Positions 38,701 to 51,800 of a stretch of DNA of 64,000 nucleotides are shown here, one piece after another; position 1 is the stretch's first letter; the number at the start of each line of letters is the position of its first letter. Both the position numbers and the translations under genes were made by a program. Where the stretch lies: assembly GCA_964016885.1 (NCBI GenBank), contig OZ024741.1, forward strand, positions 249,116,001 through 249,180,000, given 5' to 3'. Below the pieces are notes generated by a model. It was not told where the DNA came from, did no database searches, and saw nothing but the letters and a program-made list of their open reading frames with translations. Source of the DNA: Eledone cirrhosa. Its lineage: Eukaryota.

Positions 38701-41700
38701 TCCAAGGGGAGATAATTTCCAGCCGTCCAAGGGGAGATAATATCCAGCCGTCCAAGGAGACATATTTTCCAGCCGTCCAAGGAGAGGTAATTTCTAGACG
38801 TCCAAGGGGAGATAAGTTCCAGCCTCCAAGGGGAGATAATTTCCAGCCAGCCAAGGGGAGATAATTTGTAAAAAAATCAGGGGGAGATAATTTGTAAAAA
38901 AAAAATCAGGGGGAGATAATTTCTAAAAAAATCAGGGGGAGATAATTTGTAAAAAAAAAATCAGGGGGAGATAATTTGTAAAAAAAATCAGGGGGAGATA
39001 ATTTGTAAAAAAAATCAGGGGTAGATAATTTGTAAAAAAAATCAGGGGGAGATAATTTGTAAAAAAAATCAGGGGGAGATAATTTGTAAAAAAAATCAGG
39101 GGTAGATAATTTTCAGCCGTCCAAGGGGAGATAATTTCCATCCTTCCAAGGGGAGATAATTTCCAGCCGTCCAAGGAGAGATAATTTCCCGGCAGCCAAG
39201 GAGAGATAACATTTAAAAAAATCAGGCGGAGATAATTTGTAAAAAAAATCAGGGGGAGATAATTTGTAAAAAAATCAGGGGGAGATAATTTGTAAAAAAA
39301 ATCAGGGGTAGATAATTTCCAGCCGTCCAAGGGGAGATAATTTCCATCCTTCCAAGGGGAGGTAATTTCCAGCCGTCCAAGGGGAGATAATTTCCCGCCA
39401 GCCAAGGAGAGATAATATTTTAAAAAATCAGGCGGAGATAATTTGTAAAAAAAATCAGGGGGAGATAATTTGTAAAAAAATCAGGGGGAGATAATTTGTA
39501 AAAAAAAATCAGGGGGAGATAATTTGTAAAAAAAATCAGGGGGAGATAATTTGTAAAAAAAAATCAGGGGTAGATAATTTGTAAAAAAAAATCAGGGGGA
39601 GATAATTTGTAAAAAAAAAATCAGGGGGAGATAATTTGTAAAAAAATCAAGGGGAGATAATTTCCAGCCGTCCAAGGGGAGATAATTTTCAGCCGTCCAA
39701 GGAGAGGTAATTTCTAGCCGTCCAAGGGGAGATAATTTCCAGCCGTCCAAGGGGAGATAATATTTAAAAAAATCAGGCGGAGATAATTTGTAAAAAAAAT
39801 CAGGGGGAGATAATTTGTAAAAAAATCAGGGGGAGATAATTTGTAAAAAAAATCAGGGGGAGATAATTTGTAAAAAAATCAAGGGGAGATAATTTCCAGC
39901 CGTCCAAGGGGAGGTAATATCTAGCCATCCAAGGGGAGATAATTTCCAGCCGTCCAAGGGGAGATAATTTCCAGCCGTCCAAGGGGAGATAATATCCAGC
40001 CGTCCAAGGAGACATATTTTCCAGCCGTCCAAGGAGACGTAATTTCTAGCCGTCCAAGGGGAGATAAGTTCCAGCCTCCAAGGGGAGATAATTTCCAGCC
40101 AGCCAAGGGGAGATAATTTGTAAAAAAATTAGGGGGAGATAATTTGTAAAAAAAAATTAGGGGGAGATAATTTGTAAAAAAAAATCAGGGGGAGATAATT
40201 TTTAAAAAAAAATCAGGGGGAGATAATTTGTAAAAAAAAACAAGGGGAGATTATTTCCAGCCGTCCAAGGGGAGATAATTTCCAGCCGTCCAAGGGGAGA
40301 TAATTTTAAAAAAAAAATCAGGCGGAGATAATTTGTAAACAAAAATCAGGGGTAGATAATTTTCAGCCGTCCAAGGGGAGATAATTTCCATCCTTCCAAG
40401 GGGAGATAATTTCCAGCCGTCCAAGGGGAGATAATTTCCCGCCACCCAAGGAGAGATAACATTTAAAAAAATCAGGCGGAGATAATTTGTAAAAAAATCA
40501 GGGGGAGATAATTTGTAAAAAAAATCAGGGGTAGATAATTTCCAGCCGTCCAAGGGGAGATAATTTCCATCCTTCCAAGGGGAGATAATTTCCAGCCGTC
40601 CAAGGGGAGATAATTTCCCGCCAGCCAAGGAGAGATAATATTTAAAAAAATCAGGCGGAGATAATTTGTAAAAAAAATCAGGGGGAGATAATTTGTAAAA
40701 AAATGAGGGGGAGATAATTTGTAAAAAAAAATCAGGGGAGATAATTTGTAAAAAAAATCAGGGGGAGATAATTTGTAAAAAAAAATCAGGGGTAGATAAT
40801 TTGTAAAAAAAAATCAGGGGGAGATAATTTGTAAAAAAAAAATCAGGGGGAGATAATTTGTAAAAAAATCAAGGGGAGATAATTTCCAGCCGTCCAAGGG
40901 GAGATAATTTTCAGCCGTCCAAGGAGAGGTAATTTCTAGCCGTCCAAGGGGAGATAATTTCCAGCCGTCCAAGGGAAGATAATATTTAAAAAAATCAGGC
41001 GGAGATAATTTGTAAAAAAAATCAGGGGGAGATAATTTGTAAAAAAAATCAGGGGGAGATAATTTGTAAAAAAAATCAGGGGGAGATAATTTGTAAAAAA
41101 ATCAAGGGGAGATAATTTCCAGCCGTCCAAGGGGAGGTAATATCTAGCCATCCAAGGGGAGATAATTTCCAGCCGTCCAAGGGGAGATAATTTCCAGCCG
41201 TCCAAGGGGAGATAATATCCAGCCGTCCAAGGAGACATATTTTCCAGCCGTCCAAGGAGACGTAATTTCTAGCCGTCCAAGGGGAGATAAGTTCCAGCCT
41301 CCAAGGGGAGATAATTTCCAGCCAGCCAAGGGGAGATAATTTGTAAAAAAATTAGGGGCAGATAATTTGTAAAAAAAAATTAGGGGGAGATAATTTGTAA
41401 AAAAAAATCAGGGGGAGATAATTTTTAAAAAAAAATCAGGGGGAGATAATTTGTAAAAAAAAACAAGGGGAGATTATTTCCAGCCGTCCAAGGGGAGATA
41501 ATTTTCAGCCGTCCAAGGAGAGGTAAATTCTAGCCGTCCAAGGAGATATAATTTCCAGCCGTCCAAGGGGAGATAATTTCCAGCCGTCCAAGGGGAGATA
41601 ATTTTAAAAAAAAAATCAGGCGGAGATAATTTGTAAACAAAAATCAGGGGGAGATAATTTTTAAAAAAAAATCAGGGGAAGATAATTTGTAAAAAAAAAT

Positions 41701-44700
41701 CAGGGGGAGATAATTTGTAAAAAAAATCAAGGGGAGATAATTTCCAGCCGTCCAAGGGGAGGTAATATCTAGCCATCCAAGGGGAGATAATTTCCAGCCG
41801 TCCAAGGGGAGATAATTTCCAGCCGTCCAAGGGGAGATAATATCCAGCCGTCCAAGGAGACATATTTTCCAGCCGTCCAAGGAGAGGTAATTTCTAGCCG
41901 TCCAAGGGGAGATAAGTTCCAGCCTCCAAGGGGAGATAATTTCCAGCCAGCCAAGGGGAGATAATTTGTAAAAAAATCAGGGGGGAGATAATTTGTAAAA
42001 AAAATCAGGGGGAGATAATTTGAAAAAAAAATCAGGGGGAGATAATTTGTAAAAAATATCAAGGGGAGATAATTTCCAGCCCTCCAAGGGGCTAAAATTT
42101 CCAGCCGTGCAAGGGGAGATAATTTCCAGCCGTCCAAGGGGAGATAATTTCCATCCTTCCAAGGGGAGATAATTTCCAGCCGTCCAAGGGGAGATAATTT
42201 CCCGCCAGCCAAGGGAAGATAATTTTTTAAAAAATCAGGCGGAGATTGTAAAAAAAATCAGGGGGAGATAATTTGTAAAAAAATCAGGGGGAGATAATTT
42301 GTAAAAAAAAAATCGGGGGAGATAATTTGTAAAAAAAAATCAGGGGGAGATAATTTGTAAAAAAAATCAGGGGGAGATAATTTGTAAAAAAAATCAGGGG
42401 TAGATAATTTGTAAAAAAAATCAGGGGGAGATAATTTGTAAAAAAAATCAGGGGGAGATAATTTGTAAAAAAAATCAGGGGTAGATAATTTTCAGCCGTC
42501 CAAGGGGAGATAATTTCCATCCTTCCAAGGGGAGATAATTTCCAGCCGTCCAAGGGGAGATAATTTCCCGCCAGCCAAGGAGAGATAACATTTAAAAAAA
42601 TCAGGCGGAGATAATTTGTAAAAAAATCAGGGGGAGATAATTTGTAAAAAAAATCAGGGGTAGATAATTTCCAGCCGTCCAAGGGGAGATAATTTCCATC
42701 CTTCCAAGGGGAGATAATTTCCAGCCGTCCAAGGGGAGATAATTTCCCGCCAGCCAAGGAGAGATAATATTTTAAAAAATCAGGCGGAGATAATTTGTAA
42801 AAAAAATCAGGGGGAGATAATTTGTAAAAAAATCAGGGGGAGATAATTTGTAAAAAAAAATCAGGGGGAGATAATTTGTAAAAAAAAATCAGGGGGAGAT
42901 AATTTGTAAAAAAAAATCAGGGGTAGATAATTTGTAAAAAAAAATCAGGGGGAGATAATTTGTAAAAAAAAAATCAGGGGGAGATAATTTGTAAAAAAAT
43001 CAAGGGGAGATAATTTCCAGCCGTCCAAGGGGAGATAATTTTCAGCCGTCCAAGGAGAGGTAATTTCTAGCCGTCCAAGGGGAGATAATTTCCAGCCGTC
43101 CAAGGGGAGATAATTTTTTTAAAAAAATCAGGCGGAGATAATTTGTAAACAAAAATCAGGGGGAGATAATTTGTAAAAAAAAATCAGGGGGAGATAATTT
43201 GTAAAAAAAATCAGGGGGAGATAATTTGTAAAAAAAATCAAGGGGAGATAATTTGTAAAAAAAAATCAGAGGTAGATAATTTGTAAAAAAAAATCAGGGG
43301 GAGATAATTTGTAAAAAAAAAATCAGGGGGAGATAATTTGTAAAAAAATCAAGGGGAGATAATTTCCAGCCGTCCAAGGGGAGATAATTTTCAGCCGTCC
43401 AAGGAGAGGTAATTTCTAGCCGTCCAAGGGGAGATAATTTCCAGCCGTCCAAGGGGAGATAATTTTTTTAAAAAAATCAGGCGGAGATAATTTGTAAACA
43501 AAAATCAGGGGGAGATAATTTGTAAAAAAAAATCAGGGGGAGATAATTTGTAAAAAAAAATCAGGGGGAGATAATTTGTAAAAAAAATCAAGGGGAGATA
43601 ATTTCCAGCCGTCCAAGGGGAGGTAATATCTAGCCATCCAAGGGGAGATAATTTCCAGCCGTCCAAGGGGAGATAATTTCCAGCCGTCCAAGGGGAGATA
43701 ATATCCAGCCGTCCAAGGAGACATATTTTCCAGCCGTCCAAGGAGAGGTAATTTCTAGCCGTCCAAGGGGAGATAAGTTCCAGCCTCCAAGGGGAGATAA
43801 TTTCCAGCCAGCCAAGGGGAGATAATTTGTAAAAAAATCAGGGGGAGATAATTTGTAAAAAAAAAATCAGGGGGAGATAATTTGTAAAAAAATCAGGGGG
43901 AGATAATTTGTAAAAAAAAAATCAGGGGGAGATAATTTGTAAAAAAATCAGGGGGAGATAATTTGTAAAAAAAATCAGGGGTAGATAATTTTCAGCCGTC
44001 CAAGGGGAGATAATTTCCATCCTTCCAAGGGGAGATAATTTCCAGCCGTCCAAGGAGAGATAATTTCCCGGCAGCCAAGGAGAGATAACATTTAAAAAAA
44101 TCAGGCGGAGATAATTTGTAAAAAAAATCAGGGGGAGATAATTTGTAAAAAAATCAGGGGGAGATAATTTGTAAAAAAAATCAGGGGTAGATAATTTGTA
44201 AAAAAAATCAGGGGGAGATAATTTGTAAAAAAAAATCAGGGGTAGATAATTTGTAAAAAAAAATCAGGGGGAGATAATTTGTAAAAAAAAATCAGGGGGA
44301 GATAATTTGTAAAAAAATCAAGGGGAGATAATTTCCAGCCGTCCAAGGGGAGATAATTTTCAGCCGTCCAAGGAGAGGTAATTTCTAGCCGTCCAAGGGG
44401 AGATAATTTCCAGCCGTCCAAGGGGAGATAATATTTAAAAAAATCAGGCGGAGATAATTTGTAAAAAAAATCAGGGGGAGATAATTTGTAAAAAAATCAG
44501 GGGGAGATAATTTGTAAAAAAAATCAGGGGGAGATAATTTGTAAAAAAATCAAGGGGAGATAATTTCCAGCCGTCCAAGGGGAGGTAATATCTAGCCATC
44601 CAAGGGGAGATAATTTCCAGCCGTCCAAGGGGAGATAATTTCCAGCCGTCCAAGGGGAGATAATATCCAGCCGTCCAAGGAGACATATTTTCCAGCCGTC

Positions 44701-45410
44701 CAAGGAGACGTAATTTCTAGCCGTCCAAGGGGAGATAAGTTCCAGCCTCCAAGGGGAGATAATTTCCAGCCAGCCAAGGGGAGATAATTTGTAAAAAAAT
44801 TAGGGGGAGATAATTTGTAAAAAAAAATTAGGGGGAGATAATTTGTAAAAAAAAATCAGGGGGAGATAATTTTTAAAAAAAAATCAGGGGGAGATAATTT
44901 GTAAAAAAAAAACAAGGGGAGATTATTTCCAGCCGTCCAAGGGGAGATAATTTCCAGCCGTCCAAGGGGAGATAATTTTAAAAAAAAAATCAGGCGGAGA
45001 TAATTTGTAAACAAAAATCAGGGGTAGATAATTTTCAGCCGTCCAAGGGGAGATAATTTCCATCCTTCCAAGGGGAGATAATTTCCAGCCGTCCAAGGGG
45101 AGATAATTTCCCGCCACCCAAGGAGAGATAACATTTAAAAAAATCAGGCGGAGATAATTTGTAAAAAAATCAGGGGGAGATAATTTGTAAAAAAAATCAG
45201 GGGTAGATAATTTCCAGCCGTCCAAGGGGAGATAATTTCCATCCTTCCAAGGGGAGATAATTTCCAGCCGTCCAAGGGGAGATAATTTCCCGCCAGCCAA
45301 GGAGAGATAATATTTAAAAAAATCAGGCGGAGATAATTTGTAAAAAAAATCAGGGGGAGATAATTTGTAAAAAAATCAGGGGGAGATAATTTGTAAAAAG
45401 AAATCAGGGG
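35760..45410. repeat. Tandem duplication of ~4.7-5.0 kb
   Basis: Offsets 4989-4990 (35947/40936, 37294/42284), 4961 (38544/43505) and 4671-4672 (39800/44471, 40251/44923). Private GCCACCCAAGG at ~40441 and ~45113. Confidence 0.88.
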
Positions 45411-46796
45411 AGATAATTTGTAAAAAAAATCAGGGGGAGATAATTTGTAAAAAAAAATCAGGGGTAGATAATTTGTAAAAAAAAATCAGGGGGAGATAAT
45501 TTGTAAAAAAAAAATCAGGGGGAGATAATTTGTAAAAAAATCAAGGGGAGATAATTTCCAGCCGTCCAAGGGGAGATAATTTTCAGCCGTCCAAGGAGGT
45601 AATTTCTAGCCGTCCAAGGGGAGATAATTTCCAGCCGTCCAAGGGGAGATAATTTTTTTAAAAAAATCAGGCGGAGATAATTTGTAAACAAAAATCAGGG
45701 GGAGATAATTTGTAAAAAAAAATCAGGGGGAGATAATTTGTAAAAAAAAATCATGGGGAGATAATTTGTAAAAAAAATCAAGGGGAGATAATTTCCAGCC
45801 GTCCAAGGGGAGGTAATATCTAGCCATCCAAGGGGAGATAATTTCCAGCCGTCCAAGGGGAGATAATTTCCAGCCGTCCAAGGGGAGATAATATCCAGCC
45901 GTCCAAGGAGATATATTTTCCAGCCGTCCAAGGAGAGGTAATTTCTAGCCGTCCAAGGGGAGATAAGTTCCAGCCTCCAAGGGGAGATAATTTCCAGCCA
46001 GCCAAGGGGAGATAATTTGTAAAAAAATCAGGGGGAGATAATTTGTAAAAAAAAAATCAGGGGGAGATAATTTGTAAAAAAATCAGGGGGAGATAATTTG
46101 TAAAAAAAAAATCAGGGGGAGATAATTTGTAAAAAAAATCAGGGGGAGATAATTTGTAGAAAAAATCAGGGGTAGATAATTTGTAAAAAAAATCAGGGGG
46201 AGATAATTTGTAAAAAAAATCAGGGGGAGATAATTTGTAAAAAAAATCAGGGGTAGATAATTTTCAGCCGTCCAAGGGGAGATAATTTCCATCCTTCCAA
46301 GGGGAGATAATTTCCAGCCGTCCAAGGGGAGATAATTTCCCGCCAGCCAAGGACAGATAACATTTAAAAAAATCGGGCGGGGATAATTTGTAAAAAAAAT
46401 CAGGGGGAGATAATTTGTAAAAAAATCAGGGGGAGATAATTTGTAAAAAAAATCAGGGGTAGATAATTTCTAGCCGTCCAAGGGGAGATAATTTCCATCC
46501 TTCCAAGGGGAGATAATTTCCAGCCGTCCAAGGGGAGATAATTTCCCGCCAGCCAAGGAGAGATAATATTTTAAAAAATCAGGCGGAGATAATTTGTAAA
46601 AAAAATCAGGGGGAGATAATTTGTAAAAAAATCAGGGGGAGATAATTTGTAAAAAAAAATCAGTGGGAGATAATTTGTAAAAAAAATCAGGGGGAGATAA
46701 TTTGTAAAAAAAATCAGGGGTAGATAATTTGTAAAAAAAAATCAGGGGGAGATAATTTGTAAAAAAAAAATCAGGGGGAGATAATTTGTAAAAAAA

Positions 46797-46950
46797 TCAA
46801 GGGGAGATAATTTCCAGCCGTCCAAGGGGAGATAATTTTCAGCCGTCCAAGGAGAGGTAATTTCTAGCCGTCCAAGGGGAGATAATTTCCAGCCGTCCAA
46901 GGGGAGATAATTTTTTTAAAAAAATCAGGCGGAGATAATTTGTAAACAAA
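46797..46950 (+). repeat. Representative B4-alpha cassette with its exit junction
   Basis: TCAAGG entry, units CCAGCCGT / TTTTCAGCCGT / GGAGAGGTAATTTCTAG / CCAGCCGT, then T7A7-TCAGGCGG and an AAACAAAAA unit. Confidence 0.9.
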
Positions 46951-47604
46951 AATCAGGGGGAGATAATTTGTAAAAAAAAATCAGGGGGAGATAATTTGTA
47001 AAAAAAAATCAGGGGGAGATAATTTGTAAAAAAAATCAAGGGGAGATAATTTCCAGCCGTCCAAGGGGAGGTAATATCTAGCCATCCAAGGGGAGATAAT
47101 TTCCAGCCGTCCAAGGGGAGATAATTTCCAGCCGTCCAAGGGGAGATAATATCCAGCCGTCCAAGGAGACATATTTTCCAGCCGTCCAAGGAGAGGTAAT
47201 TTCTAGCCGTCCAAGGGGAGATAAGTTCCAGCCTCCAAGGGGAGATAATTTCCAGCCAGCCAAGGGGAGATAATTTGTAAAAAAATCAGGGGGAGATAAT
47301 TTGTAAAAAAAAAATCAGGGGGAGATAATTTGTAAAAAAATCAGGGGGAGATAATTTGTAAAAAAAAAATCAGGGGGAGATAATTTGTAAAAAAAATCAG
47401 GAGGAGATAATTTGTAAAAAAAATCAGGGGTAGATAATTTGTAAAAAAAATCAGGGGGAGATAATTTGTAAAAAAAATCAGGGGGAGATAATTTGTAAAA
47501 AAAATCAGGGGTAGATAATTTTCAGCCGTCCAAGGGGAGATAATTTCCATCCTTCCAAGGGGAGATAATTTCCAGCCGTCCAAGGAGAGATAATTTCCCG
47601 CCAG

Positions 47605-47810
47605 CCAAGGAGAGATAACATTTAAAAAAATCAGGCGGAGATAATTTGTAAAAAAAATCAGGGGGAGATAATTTGTAAAAAAATCAGGGGGAGATAATTT
47701 GTAAAAAAAATCAGGGGTAGATAATTTCCAGCCGTCCAAGGGGAGATAATTTCCATCCTTCCAAGGGGAGATAATTTCCAGCCGTCCAAGGGGAGATAAT
47801 TTCCCGCCAG
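47605..47810 (+). repeat. 206-bp A4+B4-beta submodule
   Basis: GGGGTAG entry, units CAGCCGT / CCATCCTT / CCAGCCGT / CCCGCCAG, exit GGAGAGATAA(C/T)ATTT. The 206-bp spacing is also seen at 4723/4929, 6816/7022 and 9385/9591. Confidence 0.9.
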
Positions 47811-48869
47811 CCAAGGAGAGATAATATTTAAAAAAATCAGGCGGAGATAATTTGTAAAAAAAATCAGGGGGAGATAATTTGTAAAAAAATCAGGGGGAGA
47901 TAATTTGTAAAAAAAAATCAGGGGGAGATAATTTGTAAAAAAAATCAGGGGGAGATAATTTGTAAAAAAAAATCAGGGGTAGATAATTTGTAAAAAAAAA
48001 TCAGGGGGAGATAATTTGTAAAAAAAAAATCAGGGGGAGATAATTTGTAAAAAAATCAAGGGGAGATAATTTCCAGCCGTCCAAGGGGAGATAATTTTCA
48101 GCCGTCCAAGGAGAGGTAATTTCTAGCCGTCCAAGGGGAGATAATTTCCAGCCGTCCAAGGGGAGATAATTTTTTTTAAAAAATCAGGCGGAGATTTGTA
48201 AACAAAAATCAGGGGGAGATAATTTGTAAAAAAAAATCAGGGGGAGATAATTTGTAAAAAAAAATCAGGGGGAGATAATTTGTAAAAAAAATCAAGGGGA
48301 GATAATTTCCAGCCGTCCAAGGGGAGGTAATATCTAGCCATCCAAGGGGAGATAATTTCCAACCGTCCAAGGGGAGATAATTTCCAGCCGTCCAAGGGGA
48401 GATAATATCCAGCCGTCCAAGGAGACATATTTTCCAGCCGTCCAAGGAGACGTAATTTCTAGCCGTCCAAGGGGAGATAAGTTCCAGCCTCCAAGGGGAG
48501 ATAATTTCCAGCCAGCCAAGGGGAGATAATTTGTAAAAAAATTAGGGGGAGATAATTTGTAAAAAAAAATTAGGGGGAGATAATTTGTAAAAAAAAATCA
48601 GGGGGAGATAATTTGTAAAAAAAAATCAGGGGGAGATAATTTGTAAAAAAAAACAAGGGGAGATTATTTCCAGCCGTCCAAGGGGAGATAATTTTCAGCC
48701 GTCCAAGGAGAGGTAAATTCTAGCCGTCCAAGGAGATATAATTTCCAGCCGTCCAAGGGGAGATAATTTCCAGCCGTCCAAGGGGAGATAATTTTAAAAA
48801 AAAAATCAGGCGGAGATAATTTGTAAACAAAAATCAGGGGGAGATAATTTTTAAAAAAAAATCAGGGGG

Positions 48870-51800
48870 AGATAATTTGTAAAAAAAAATCAGGGGGAGA
48901 TAATTTGTAAAAAAAATCAAGGGGAGATAATTTCCAGCCGTCCAAGGGGAGGTAATATCTAGCCATCCAAGGGGAGATAATTTCCAGCCGTCCAAGGGGA
49001 GATAATTTCCAGCCGTCCAAGGGGAGATAATATCCAGCCGTCCAAGGAGACATATTTTCCAGCCGTCCAAGGAGAGGTAATTTCTAGCCGTCCAAGGGGA
49101 GATAAGTTCCAGCCTCCAAGGGGAGATAATTTCCAGCCAGCCAAGGGGAGATAATTTGTAAAAAAATCAGGGGGGAGATAATTTGTAAAAAAAATCAGGG
49201 GGAGATAATTTGAAAAAAAAATCAGGGGGAGATAATTTGTAAAAAATATCAAGGGGAGATAATTTCCAGCCCTCCAAGGGGCTATAATTTCCAGCCGTGC
49301 AAGGGGAGATAATTTCCAGCCGTCCAAGGGGAGATAATTTCCCGCCAGCCAAGGAGAGATAACATTTAAAAAAATCAGGCGGAGATAATTTGTAAAAAAA
49401 ATCAGGGGGAGATAATTTGTAAAAAAATCAGGGGGAGATAATTTGTAAAAAAAAAATCAGAGGGAGATAATTTGTAAAAAAAATCAGGGGGAGATAATTT
49501 GTAAAAAAAATCAGGGGGAGATAATTTGTAAAAAAAATCAGGGGGAGATAATTTGTAAAAAAAATCAGGGGTAGATAATTTCCAGCCGTCCAAGGGGAGA
49601 TAATTTCCATCCTTCCAAGGGGAGATAATTTCCAGCCGTCCAAGGGGAGATAATTTCCCGCCAGCCAAGGAGAGATAACATTTAAAAAAATCAGGCGGAG
49701 ATAATTTGTGAAAAAAATCAGGGGGAGATAATTTGTAAAAAAATCAGGGGGAGATAATTTGTAAAAAAAATCAGGGGTAGATAATTTCCAGCCGTCCAAG
49801 GGGAGATAATTTCCATCCTTCCAAGGGGAGATAATTTCCAGCCGTCCAAGGGGAGATAATTTCCCGCCAGCCAAGGAGAGATAATATTTAAAAAAATCAG
49901 GCGGAGATAATTTGTAAAAAAAATCAGGGGGAGATAATTTGTAAAAAAAAATCAGGGGAGATAATTTGTAAAAAAAATCAGGGCGAGATAATTTGTAAAA
50001 AAAAATCAGGGGTAGATAATTTGTAAAAAAAAATCAGGGGGAGATAATTTGTAAAAAAAAAATCAGGGGGAGATAATTTGTAAAAAATTCAAGGGGAGAT
50101 AATTTCCAGCCGTCCAAGGGGAGTTAATTTTCAGCCGTCCAAGGAGGTAATTTCTAGCCGTCCAAGGGGAGATAATTTCCAGCCGTCCAAGGGGAGATAA
50201 TTTTTTTAAAAAAATCAGGCGGAGATAATTTGTAAACAAAAATCAGGGGGAGATAATTTGTAAAAAAAAATCAGGGGGAGATAATTTGTAAAAAAAAATC
50301 AGGGGGAGATAATTTGTAAAAAAATCAAGGGGAGATAATTTCCAGCCGTCCAAGGGGAGGTAATATCTAGCCATCCAAGGGGAGATAATTTCCAGCCGTC
50401 CAAGGGGAGATAATTTCCAGCCGTCCAAGGGGAGATAATATCCAGCCGTCCAAGGAGACATATTTTCCAGCCGTCCAAGGAGAGGTAATTTCTAGCCGTC
50501 CAAGGGGAGATAAGTTCCAGCCTCCAAGGGGAGATAATTTCTAGCCAGCCAAGGGGAGATAATTTGTAAAAAAATCAGGGGGAGATAATTTGTAAAAAAA
50601 AAATCAGGGGGAGATAATTTGTAAAAAAATCAGGGGGAGATAATTTGTAAAAAAAAAATCAGGGGGAGATAATTTGTAAAAAAAATCAGGGGGAGATAAT
50701 TTGTAGAAAAAATCAGGGGTAGATAATTTGTAAAAAAAATCAGGGGGAGATAATTTGTAAAAAAAATCAGGGGGAGATAATTTGTAAAAAAAATCAGGGG
50801 TAGATAATTTTCAGCCGTCCAAGGGGAGATAATTTCCATCCTTCCAAGGGGAGATAATTTCCAGCCGTCCAAGGGGAGATAATTTCCCGCCAGCCAAGGA
50901 GAGATAACATTTTAAAAAATCAGGCGGAGATAATTTGTAAAAAAAATCAGGGGGAGATAATTTGTAAAAAAATCAGGGGGAGATAATTTGTAAAAAAAAT
51001 CAGGGGTAGATAATTTCCAGCCGTCCAAGGGGAGATAATTTCCATCCTTCCAAGGGGAGATAATTTCCAGCCGTCCAAGGGGAGATAATTTCCCGCCAGC
51101 CAAGGAGAGATAATATTTAAAAAAATCAGGCGGAGATAATTTGTAAAAAAAATCAGGGGGAGATAATTTGTAAAAAAATCAGGGGGAGATAATTTGTAAA
51201 AAAAAATCAGGGGGAGATAATTTGTAAAAAAAATCAGGGGGAGATAATTTGTAAAAAAAATCAGGGGTAGATAATTTGTAAAAAAAAATCAGGGGGAGAT
51301 AATTTGTAAAAAAAAAATCAGGGGGAGATAATTTGTAAAAAAATCAAGGGGAGATAATTTCCAGCCGTCCAAGGGGAGATAATTTTCAGCCGTCCAAGGA
51401 GAGGTAATTTCTAGCCGTCCAAGGGGAGATAATTTCCAGCCGTCCAAGGGGAGATAATTTTTTTTAAAAAATCAGGCGGAGATAATTTGTAAACAAAAAT
51501 CAGGGGGAGATAATTTGTAAAAAAAAATCAGGGGGAGATAATTTGTAAAAAAAAATCAGGGGGAGATAATTTGTAAAAAAAATCAAGGGGAGATAATTTC
51601 CAGCCGTCCAAGGGGAGGTAATATCTAGCCATCCAAGGGGAGATAATTTCCAGCCGTCCAAGGGGAGATAATTTCCAGCCGTCCAAGGGGAGATAATATC
51701 CAGCCGTCCAAGGAGACATATTTTCCAGCCGTCCAAGGAGAGGTAATTTCTAGCCGTCCAAGGGGAGATAAGTTCCAGCCTCCAAGGGGAGATAATTTCC

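Larger units (their letters stand above)
12470..39500. repeat. Tandem duplication of ~12.8-14.2 kb (about 12.5-25.3 kb copied to about 25.3-39.5 kb)
   Basis: Offsets are 12838-12840 (12447/25285, 14306/27146, 17234/30074), 12867 (18673/31540, 20786/33653), then 14196-14197 (21750/35947, 24736/38932) after an extra ~1.33 kb unit. Confidence 0.9.
46553..47810 (+). repeat. One complete canonical HOR unit, 1258 bp, 48 monomers (27 A + 21 B)
   Basis: Runs from CCAAGGAGAGATAATATT at 46553 to the same junction at 47811, in the order A9-B4alpha-A5-B9-A9-B4beta-A4-B4beta. ORF-track spacings of 1258, 1256, 1232 and 1229 bp (45695/46953/48209; 9986/11218/12447) agree. Confidence 0.92.
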
